From positions 2,424 to 66,423 of the forward strand of contig CANPTO010000009.1 of assembly GCA_947577025.1 (NCBI GenBank): 64,000 nt of DNA, written 5' to 3'. Numbering within the stretch: position 1 is the first letter of the stretch; each line of letters starts with the position of its first letter. The notes below the pieces were generated by a model. The model searched no databases. It saw only the letters and a program-made list of their open reading frames with translations, and was not told the origin of the DNA. This document shows, in pieces, positions 55,722 through 64,000 of the stretch. The stretch is from an uncultured Clostridiaceae bacterium. GTDB lineage: Bacteria > Bacillota > Clostridia > TANB77 > CAG-508. The translations under genes and the position numbers were made by a program.

Positions 55722-57004
55722 AAAAGATAAATAAATCTTTATCATTACGAAAATTTTTTATATTAATTATTTTTACTACATTTATTATCGTAATATTTTT
55801 ATCTTTACTTTGTATCTATGGTGGAATAAAATTTAGAGATTATCTATTGCCTGATTCTAACACTATTTTGATTACATTAGTGATAAAGAATAAAGAAGGA
55901 CAGACTTATAATGTGGATTATGAAACAAAATTAGGAGAAGAAATGTCCAGCATTCCAGCTTTAATGAGTGATAGTGGCGAAGAAAGTGATTATATTTCAA
56001 TTTCGGATATTCAAGCAGCAGTGGTAAAAGCTGAAAGTAGTTTAAATATGCTTACTCCAAAAAGAAAAATTGCTTATCAAGGAGCAGGCATATTAATGGT
56101 TGTACTTCCAATATTTTTTTCTGTAATTGGTATTATAATTGCTGGTTTCATTTTCTATCGCAAAAAACTTTATGAGCCTTTGCGAATTTTATCAGATTCA
56201 ATGGAAGAAATATCAAACAAGAATCTTGATTTTAAATTATATTATGATTCTAATGATGAAATGGGAAGACTATGCTCTACATTTGAAGATATGCGACAAA
56301 CATTAGAAAGAACATATAAAGAACTATGGAAAATGATCGAAGAAAGAAAAATGATACAGGCTTCAGTTGCACACGATTTAAGAAATCCTATTACTATTAT
56401 TAAAGGTTATACAGAATATCTACAAGTAAACCTAGAAAAAAAGACTTTATCTAATGAAAGAATGATTGAAATAATTGATAATATAAATAAAACGACAGAA
56501 CGATTAGAAAGTTATACAAATTCTATTCGTACAATAAATCAATTAGAAGATATGGAAATAACTCGTAAACCAATTCATATAGAAGAATTTGTTGAAAATG
56601 CCTCTAAAGACTTGTCATTAATGACGAAATCTAAGAAAATAAAACTTAATATTATAGGAAATATTCCAAATGGTATTATTAATGTTGATACCGATAGTGC
56701 TTATAGAATAATCGAAAATATTATAAGTAATGCTTTGAGATATGCTAAAAATAAAATTGATTTATCATTTGAGATAGATAATAATTTTTTAGTAATTTCT
56801 ATAATAGATGATGGTATTGGTTTTCCAAAAGAAGTTTTAAATGGAAATAATAAATTAATTATATCAACTAATAATGCTGATGGACACTATGGACTGGGTT
56901 TAATAATTAGTAGTATTTTGTGTAAAAAGAATGATGGAAAGTTAAAGCTTTATAATAATGAATCAGGAGGAGCAGTAGTAAAAATCATGTTAAAATTTGA
57001 CTGA
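55706..57004 (+). CDS. Sensor histidine kinase (HAMP)
   Basis: Two TMs, AHDLRNP, NALRY, DDGIGF, GLGL. Confidence 0.92.
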   Translation: MLEKLKKINKSLSLRKFFILIIFTTFIIVIFLSLLCIYGGIKFRDYLLPDSNTILITLVIKNKEGQTYNVDYETKLGEEMSSIPALMSDSGEESDYISISDIQAAVVKAESSLNMLTPKRKIAYQGAGILMVVLPIFFSVIGIIIAGFIFYRKKLYEPLRILSDSMEEISNKNLDFKLYYDSNDEMGRLCSTFEDMRQTLERTYKELWKMIEERKMIQASVAHDLRNPITIIKGYTEYLQVNLEKKTLSNERMIEIIDNINKTTERLESYTNSIRTINQLEDMEITRKPIHIEEFVENASKDLSLMTKSKKIKLNIIGNIPNGIINVDTDSAYRIIENIISNALRYAKNKIDLSFEIDNNFLVISIIDDGIGFPKEVLNGNNKLIISTNNADGHYGLGLIISSILCKKNDGKLKLYNNESGGAVVKIMLKFD

Positions 57005-57068
57005 TTTTTGACTTTTGTTTTATATCATATCCTTGTAAGCCAACTATGGCAATACAAGGAGTTTTTTT

Positions 57069-58001
57069 ATGGAAAAGAAAATGAGAAAAAAGAATAATTA
57101 TAGAAAGAGAAAGTTAAAACCAAAGATTAGATTATGTATTTTTATCATTTTGATAATTTTGACATTTAATTTTATAAATAATATCTTAAAGCCCTCTAAT
57201 GCAAGTAAAAATATATCTATTGAAAACGTAAAACCACAAGCTATTGACAATGCACAAAAAGATATTCAACAAAACGACACTTTTTCTAATGGAAGTAATA
57301 ATGTTTATGAAGTTTCTCCTCCAAATGATATAACTAATAAAGATACAGATATTTCAAATGTAAATAATTCAGAAAGAGATATAAACAAAGTTAAAGATAA
57401 AAAACTAATTGCATTTACTTTTGACGATGGACCTAGTTACAAAGGAACTAATAAATTGTTAGATAATTTGAATAAATATAATGCTCGTGTAACATTTTTT
57501 GTTGTAGGCAGTCGTGTACTGACCTATAAAGATACTTTAAAAAGAGCATATAATATGGGAAATGTAATTGGAAGTCATACATATAGTCATAAAGATTTAT
57601 TAAAATTAAGCAACTCTGATATTTTAAACGAAATAAGAAAAACAAATGATGATATAGAAAGTGTAATAGGAGAAAGAGCAAAATATTTAAGACCACCCTA
57701 TGGTAATACCAATAAAAACATTAAGAATTTATCTAATATGTATACTATATTATGGGATTTGGATACAGAAGATTGGAAATATAAAGATAAAAACAAAATA
57801 TCACAATATATTATTGACAATGCACACGATGGTGCAATTGTACTTTTACACGATTTATATGAAACTTCTGTTGATGGAGCGTTGCTAGCAATGGAAGAGT
57901 TGGAGAAAGAGGGATATGCATTTGTCACAATAGAAGAAATGGTAACTTTAAAAGGAATAAACTTAGATAAAACGAAAAACTATTTTCAATTTGATAAATA
58001 G
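57069..58001 (+). CDS. Polysaccharide (peptidoglycan) deacetylase
   Basis: FTFDDGP, HTYSH, RPPYG, DTEDW, LLHD. Confidence 0.92.
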   Translation: MEKKMRKKNNYRKRKLKPKIRLCIFIILIILTFNFINNILKPSNASKNISIENVKPQAIDNAQKDIQQNDTFSNGSNNVYEVSPPNDITNKDTDISNVNNSERDINKVKDKKLIAFTFDDGPSYKGTNKLLDNLNKYNARVTFFVVGSRVLTYKDTLKRAYNMGNVIGSHTYSHKDLLKLSNSDILNEIRKTNDDIESVIGERAKYLRPPYGNTNKNIKNLSNMYTILWDLDTEDWKYKDKNKISQYIIDNAHDGAIVLLHDLYETSVDGALLAMEELEKEGYAFVTIEEMVTLKGINLDKTKNYFQFDK

Positions 58002-58130
58002 GACTAAATATATTAAATAAATACTTAAAGCAAATTAAAAATATAAAAGAATTATAAATTTGACTAATTTTTGACTTTTGTTTTATATCATATCCTTGTA
58101 AGCTGATTATGGCACTACAAGGAGTTTTTT

Positions 58131-58844
58131 ATGGAAAAGAAAAAAAAGAAAAAGAAGTATTATAGAAAGCGAAAGATTAAACCAAAGATTAGATTATGTA
58201 TTTTTATCATTTTGATAATTTTAACATTTAATTTTATAAATAATGTCTTAAAATCATCTAATGCAAGTAGGAATATAGTAACAGAAAAAGAAAATTTACC
58301 AGTTACAAATGATACCAAAGAAAATAATCAGCAAATTGCTGTTTTTCCTAGTGATGTTTATGGCGTTCAAGTAAAGAGTGAAATAATAGATAAAGAAACT
58401 AAAGCTAGAAGTGGTGAAAAAAGAATTATTAAATACATAGTGATACACGAAACTGATAATTTTGAAAAAGGTACTACTGCTGCTAATCACGCTATGTTTT
58501 TGAAAGAAAACAATACGAGTTCTACATCTTGGCATTATACAGTTGATGATAAAGAAATCTATCACCACATTCCTGATGATGAAAAAGCAAATCACGCAGG
58601 AGAGCATAATGGAAATGAATATGGTATAGGAATAGAACTATGCGTAAATAAAGAGGGAAACTTTGAAAAGACTTTTGATAATGCAACAAAACTAGTAGCG
58701 TATCTTCTTAAATCTTATGATTTAGAAATTGAAGCAGTAAAAACTCATCACGATTTTTCAGGAAAAGACTGCCCACATAAAATATTAAAAAACAACAGGC
58801 TAGAAGAATTTAAGAAGAAAGTAAAATATTATTTAAAACTATAA
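58131..58844 (+). CDS. N-acetylmuramoyl-L-alanine amidase (Amidase_2)
   Basis: IVIHET, SWHYTVD, HAG, IGIELC, HHDFSGKDCP. Confidence 0.92.
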   Translation: MEKKKKKKKYYRKRKIKPKIRLCIFIILIILTFNFINNVLKSSNASRNIVTEKENLPVTNDTKENNQQIAVFPSDVYGVQVKSEIIDKETKARSGEKRIIKYIVIHETDNFEKGTTAANHAMFLKENNTSSTSWHYTVDDKEIYHHIPDDEKANHAGEHNGNEYGIGIELCVNKEGNFEKTFDNATKLVAYLLKSYDLEIEAVKTHHDFSGKDCPHKILKNNRLEEFKKKVKYYLKL

Positions 58845-58893
58845 TAATAAAAATTTAAAAATATTTTAATAAGTAAGAAAGGAATGATTTTAA

Positions 58894-60273
58894 ATGAAAA
58901 AGATATTTATAATATTAACTATAATTTTAATATTGATCGGAGGAATATTTGTTTTCTTTAAATACAAAAACAATATAACAGAGATAGGAGAAATAACGGA
59001 AATATTTGTTCCAGAAAATGATAATAAAAAAAATAATGATAATAAAAGTATAAAAAGTTTAACTTTTTTAACAAATAAGCCCAATAAGGCTACTACAAAT
59101 GATGGATATTATTATTTAAGTGATGATTATGATCGATTACCTAATGGGAAGTTTGCTACACATCTAATGTATATCGATTTTAAAACAAAACAGGAAATAC
59201 ACTTATGTAATAACAGTGCTTGTACTCATAATACAGAAGATTGTACATCTGTGTTTACAAAAAATGAATTTGAAATAGGCTCACTATTATTTGTTTTTAA
59301 TGGAAAAATATATATATTAAGCAAAATGCCTGATAATGATGGGCAAGTTTCAATAGGAGTTTTAGGGGAATCCTCAAATAAGACAGCAGAAAGCAAATCA
59401 TCTGTATTATACAGATTAAATTTAGATGGAACAAATAGAGAAAAAGTTTATACCTTTGACTCTAATGTTATGGTAGAAGATTTTACCATTGGTAGTGAAA
59501 ATAAATTATATTTTGTTACAAAAAAAATTACAAACGAATATACTAGTGGAAATGCTTACACAATTTCTAAAGAACGAAAATTAATTTATATAGATGTAAA
59601 TACAAAAAAAGAAAATACTGTATTCTCTATGGATTTTAAGGATAACATTGATTGGGAAGTCATTGGAAGTAGTGACAATCTTTTAGTGTTGTATGGTATA
59701 GATTTCGGACGTAAAGTTTCAAATGAAGAGAAAAATGGAGAAAATAATGAAATTTATACTAAGTCTTCTGATGTTTTTGCAACTTTTAATATTGCAGATG
59801 GTTCATTAAATAAAATATATAGTATATATGCACCTTTATCTAGGTCTTATACTGTTGGTAAAGATTATTTATATTATTCTAAAGATGGAAGTAATGAAGT
59901 TTTAAAAATAGATTTAAAAACAGGGAAATCTAATGTTTTAGCAAAACTATCTCAAAATTATATTAGTATGATTATAGGAGATAAAATATTATGTCAAGAG
60001 TACGCTTCTCAGGATACAACATCATATTTTGTTGACACTAATACAGGGAAAGTTAGTCATTCTAGTCTTATAAATAAAACAGTAAAAAACAGTTTAGATA
60101 TTATTGCTGTGAGTGGAGATGAAGTTTTAGCAATATATGATTCAGATGTAACTTATAACAACGATGGCTCGTATACTACGAAAGAAAATAAATATGGAAT
60201 AATTAGTAAAAGTGACTTGTATACAGGAAAAGACAGTTTTAAAAAAGTTAAAATGATTTATGGGGGAATATAA
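58894..60273 (+). CDS. Membrane-anchored beta-propeller-like protein
   Basis: N-terminal TM, LCN...C.H...C motif, beta-rich repeats. Confidence 0.65.
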   Translation: MKKIFIILTIILILIGGIFVFFKYKNNITEIGEITEIFVPENDNKKNNDNKSIKSLTFLTNKPNKATTNDGYYYLSDDYDRLPNGKFATHLMYIDFKTKQEIHLCNNSACTHNTEDCTSVFTKNEFEIGSLLFVFNGKIYILSKMPDNDGQVSIGVLGESSNKTAESKSSVLYRLNLDGTNREKVYTFDSNVMVEDFTIGSENKLYFVTKKITNEYTSGNAYTISKERKLIYIDVNTKKENTVFSMDFKDNIDWEVIGSSDNLLVLYGIDFGRKVSNEEKNGENNEIYTKSSDVFATFNIADGSLNKIYSIYAPLSRSYTVGKDYLYYSKDGSNEVLKIDLKTGKSNVLAKLSQNYISMIIGDKILCQEYASQDTTSYFVDTNTGKVSHSSLINKTVKNSLDIIAVSGDEVLAIYDSDVTYNNDGSYTTKENKYGIISKSDLYTGKDSFKKVKMIYGGI

Positions 60274-60274
60274 A

Positions 60275-60988
60275 ATGTTGGAACTTTGTAATATTTCAAA
60301 AAGATATAAAACAAAAGAGGCACTCAATGATATATCTTTAACACTTGATAATGGGATTTATGGACTTCTCGGTCCAAATGGTGCAGGAAAATCAACGCTT
60401 ATGAACATAATTACTGGAAATTTAGAGCCAAGTAATGGAATTGTAAAATGGGATGAAAAAGAAATAAAAAAATTAGGAGCAAATTATAGAAGTTTGTTAG
60501 GATACGCTCCTCAACAACAAGGTATGTATGACAGTTTTTCAGGTATTAGATTTCTTTCATATATGGCAACTTTGAAAGGAATTTCAAAAAAGGAAGTAGA
60601 GGAAGAAATTAATCGAGTTTTAAATTATGTAAATATGACTAATGTTGCTCATCAAAAAATAGGAACATATTCAGGTGGAATGAAGCAAAGAATTTTAATT
60701 GCACAAGCAATATTAGGAGATCCGAAAATAGTTATATTGGATGAGCCAACAGCAGGATTAGATCCTAAAGAAAGAGTGAGGATAAGGGAAAGAATTTCAA
60801 AACTATCTAAAGAAAAGATAATTTTAGTTTCTACTCACGTTGTATCCGATATTGAATCTATTGCAAAAAAAATTATTCTTATTAAAAAGGGAAAAATTAT
60901 TGACGAGGATTCTGTAGAAAAGCTTTGCCAAAAATACAATGTTTCTAATTTGGAAGATGTATATATGAAAATATTTGGAGATGAATAA
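60275..60988 (+). CDS. ABC transporter ATP-binding protein
   Basis: GPNGAGKST, YSGGMKQR, ILDEPTAGLD. Confidence 0.93.
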   Translation: MLELCNISKRYKTKEALNDISLTLDNGIYGLLGPNGAGKSTLMNIITGNLEPSNGIVKWDEKEIKKLGANYRSLLGYAPQQQGMYDSFSGIRFLSYMATLKGISKKEVEEEINRVLNYVNMTNVAHQKIGTYSGGMKQRILIAQAILGDPKIVILDEPTAGLDPKERVRIRERISKLSKEKIILVSTHVVSDIESIAKKIILIKKGKIIDEDSVEKLCQKYNVSNLEDVYMKIFGDE

Positions 60989-60991
60989 AAT

Positions 60992-63265
60992 ATGTTACAA
61001 TTAGTTAATTTTGAATTAAGGAAAATATGGGGGAAAAGGAGTTTTATCTTCATTACTTGTTTATTACTTATTATAAATGTATTTTTTATGTGGTATGCAA
61101 ATTTGGAAAATGATAACAAACCATCACTTTCGGCATATAAAATATTTCAAACTAAAATATCTAAAATGTCAGAAAATGAAAAAAGGGAATATGTAAATAA
61201 TTTAAAAAAAGATATTGATGGTATTTCATTTGTAATTGAAATACTTAATATGAGAAATAGTGAAATGGGAGTTTTTTTTACAGAACAAGAAATAAATGAA
61301 AATCCAGGTGTATTTGAAACTTACTATAAAATATACGAATCTGGAAATTACTTGCATTTTACACACTCCTTTGAACAGGAAAAAGCATTTATTAATGAGA
61401 TGTATGATGAGATAGTCAAAGTATCAAATTATAATTCTTATTTAGAAAATATAAAAAATAATAAAAGTAAATTAGAAGGAATTTCTATTTTTAGTAATCA
61501 AGATGAAAATAGTTATTCTTCTCGTAGTATTGAAAAAAGTGCTAAAGATTATAATAGCTTAAATGCTAATGGAATTACTTTTACGCCTTCAAAAACTATT
61601 GTATCTACTACTGAAAATATTTGGACTGATGTTCTTTTGATTTTGATTACATTTTTATTTATAGGAAATTTAATATCTGAAGAAAAAGAGAAAAAATTAT
61701 TCAATATTACTCGTAGTACAAAATATGGTATAGAACACAGTATTATAGCAAAGATTTTAGCATTATTTGTTCATTGTATGGTGTTTAGTTTTATATTTTT
61801 CTTAATAAATTATTTATTTTTTGGGATATTTAGTGGCTGGTGTAATCCTACAATAAAATTGCAATCATTGGCACCATATATGGAAAGTAATTTTTCAATA
61901 AATATATTAGAATATCTTATTATTTCAATATTAACTAAAGGAATGTTAATATTTGGAATTAGTACAATACTCACAGCAATTTGCATTGCTTTAGATAGTA
62001 TAATATTACCTTATATGTTTGGAATATTCTTTTTAGCAATTAGTTGGTTGTTATATAATTTGATACCAGCAGTATCAAGTTTAAATATTATAAAATATTT
62101 GAATATATTTGGTATTTTAAAAACTGAAAATTTATATGGCTCCTATCTAAATTTTAATTTGTTTAATTATCCAATTGCTCAAACACTTTTGGCTTGGTTT
62201 ATTATAATTATTGCAATTATAATAGGAACTGCACTATGTTATATATTCTTTTTAAGAGGAAAGAGTTTAGAAATAAGGAAATCTACAAAGAACCTTGCCT
62301 TAAAATTTCATCCTCACACATCATTGTTAAGACACGAATTTTATAAAACTTTAATTACTAATAAGGGAATTATAATCATTTTAATATTTAGTGTTTTAAT
62401 ATGCTGTAACGAATTAAAAAGGACATATACTCCATCCGTGCAGGAACAATATTATAAAAATATTATGTTGAAATTAGAGGGAGAACAAACAGATGAAAAA
62501 ATAAAACTTATTGAAACTGAAAAAGCAAGATATAGTGAAGCTTTTTCAAAAATTAAAGAAATAGATCAATGTGTTGATTCTGGAAAAATTAGCCCAATAA
62601 CAGGGGATATGATGAAAATAGAATGGTATAGGATAACAGCATTTTATCCGACATTTGAACGAGTTTTAGAACAATATAATTTTGTTAATGAAGATAACAG
62701 AAATTATATATATGATACAGGATATTTATATTTATTTGGAATAATGGGTAATAATGAAGTACTTAATGATTTTATTTTACTTACATTAGGTTTAATATTT
62801 GTTTTTAGCAATATTATGTCTATGGAAAATCAAAATAAAGCGTGGAACTTATTTAGTGCAACTAAAAAAGGTAAGAAAGAAATTATCAAGTCCAAAGTCA
62901 AGACATCAATCATTTTAACAGTAGCATTTTGCATTTTGCCATTTATTTGTAGATTTATTAGTGTATCTAAAGCATTTCCAATAAATGGATTGTTCTTATC
63001 GACAAGAGATATACCTATTTATCATAATTTATTTTTTGGAATGCCTATTATTGGATTAATATTGCTAAAATTATTTTTACAAGTATGTACAGGATTAATT
63101 ATAAGTAGTATCATATTTACTTTTTCAGGATGGCGAAAAAGTAATATACAAACAATCTTTTTTGGAATTTTAATACTTGGTATACCAGTATTATTAATTT
63201 TGCTAGGCTTCGATTTTATGAAATGTTTTTCTTTATATCCAATATATCTATATTCATTTACATAG
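60992..63265 (+). CDS. ABC transporter permease (duplicated architecture)
   Basis: FELRKIW and HEFYK starts of two repeats, many TMs. Confidence 0.85.
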   Translation: MLQLVNFELRKIWGKRSFIFITCLLLIINVFFMWYANLENDNKPSLSAYKIFQTKISKMSENEKREYVNNLKKDIDGISFVIEILNMRNSEMGVFFTEQEINENPGVFETYYKIYESGNYLHFTHSFEQEKAFINEMYDEIVKVSNYNSYLENIKNNKSKLEGISIFSNQDENSYSSRSIEKSAKDYNSLNANGITFTPSKTIVSTTENIWTDVLLILITFLFIGNLISEEKEKKLFNITRSTKYGIEHSIIAKILALFVHCMVFSFIFFLINYLFFGIFSGWCNPTIKLQSLAPYMESNFSINILEYLIISILTKGMLIFGISTILTAICIALDSIILPYMFGIFFLAISWLLYNLIPAVSSLNIIKYLNIFGILKTENLYGSYLNFNLFNYPIAQTLLAWFIIIIAIIIGTALCYIFFLRGKSLEIRKSTKNLALKFHPHTSLLRHEFYKTLITNKGIIIILIFSVLICCNELKRTYTPSVQEQYYKNIMLKLEGEQTDEKIKLIETEKARYSEAFSKIKEIDQCVDSGKISPITGDMMKIEWYRITAFYPTFERVLEQYNFVNEDNRNYIYDTGYLYLFGIMGNNEVLNDFILLTLGLIFVFSNIMSMENQNKAWNLFSATKKGKKEIIKSKVKTSIILTVAFCILPFICRFISVSKAFPINGLFLSTRDIPIYHNLFFGMPIIGLILLKLFLQVCTGLIISSIIFTFSGWRKSNIQTIFFGILILGIPVLLILLGFDFMKCFSLYPIYLYSFT

Positions 63266-63340
63266 AGTAAGAAAAACAAATTGCATATATAATTTACAAA
63301 ATATTTGAAAGACAATACTAATAGAGGGGGGGAGAATTGT

Positions 63341-63745
63341 ATGCCAAAAATATTGATAATACAAGATGATAAGTTAATAGATAAATTCTTGAATGAAATA
63401 TCTACTGAGATATCAGTTACAGACATTACTACAATATCTAAAATAGACAAATCAAAAAATAATAATATAATGCATTATAAGAATATTACTTTAAATAAGG
63501 AAAATTATGAAGTAATGCAAAATGGAACAAAAGTATTTTTGACAACAAAGGAATTTGAAATATTAAAATCATTTATGAAAAGTCCTCATAAAGTTTTTTC
63601 AAGAGATAATCTGTTAAATACTGTCTGGAGTTATGATTATTTCGGAGATGAAAAAATAGTAAATACACATATTAAAAATATAAGAAAAAAATTAGGAAAT
63701 GATATTATAGAAACTGTTAGAGGTGCAGGCTATAAACTTAAATAA
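63341..63745 (+). CDS. OmpR-type winged-helix regulator with truncated receiver domain
   Basis: MPKILIIQDD start, then LTTKEFEIL, VNTHIKNIRKKL, TVRGAGY. Confidence 0.75.
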   Translation: MPKILIIQDDKLIDKFLNEISTEISVTDITTISKIDKSKNNNIMHYKNITLNKENYEVMQNGTKVFLTTKEFEILKSFMKSPHKVFSRDNLLNTVWSYDYFGDEKIVNTHIKNIRKKLGNDIIETVRGAGYKLK

Positions 63746-63770
63746 AAACTAAGCTTATTTTATTCAAAAT

Positions 63771-63814
63771 AAAAGAGTATTGATAGATTCAACTTTATCA
63801 ATACTCTATTTTTA
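63771..63814 (+). terminator. Intrinsic terminator
   Basis: AGAGTATTGATA...TATCAATACTCT followed by T run. Confidence 0.75.
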
Positions 63815-64000
63815 TTTTCTTAAAAATTCATTTTATATCAAAACTACACCAAAACAATATCTTAACTCTACTTAATCTCCATTTTTTTACAATATTATAT
63901 GAATGCTTAATAAAAAAATGTTAGAAAATTATGAAAAATCTTTATAAGCCTCAATATAAAGTTCATCTAATGTAATACCAAATATTTTTGCAAAGGCAAA

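Overview
Very AT-rich chromosomal segment of a spore-forming Clostridia-class firmicute, almost all genes on the + strand. In order: spoIIAA-spoIIAB-sigF, spoIID, spoIIQ-like peptidase, a 12-gene Tad/Flp-like pilus locus, yvcK, a RelE/ParE-type TA pair, recD2, comF, KAP NTPase, addA, spoIVB, murC, T-box-pheS-pheT, spore coat/SASP genes, ymdB-spoVS, a REP-associated tyrosine transposase, recA, ruvB, a queH-GNAT fusion, and (from about 53.1 kb) an accessory island with AbiE, a two-component system, cell-wall enzymes and an ABC exporter. Main result: every broken gene I found breaks at an in-frame CGG codon, and skipping the C so that CGGN reads as Gly (GGN, a +1 shift) restores a full-length protein. 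I traced 19 such sites in 10 genes, including essential pheS, plus sigF, recD2, ruvB, spoIVB, the pilus ATPase and addA (8 sites). Out-of-frame CGG never disrupts a gene. This suggests a genome-wide decoding rule in which CGG acts as a +1 frameshift or 4-nt Gly codon; it needs read-level and proteomic confirmation. Three orphan or foreign-looking ORFs carry in-frame CGG that seems to be plain Arg. Several families of dispersed palindromic and heptamer repeats are present, two clusters of them inside addA.
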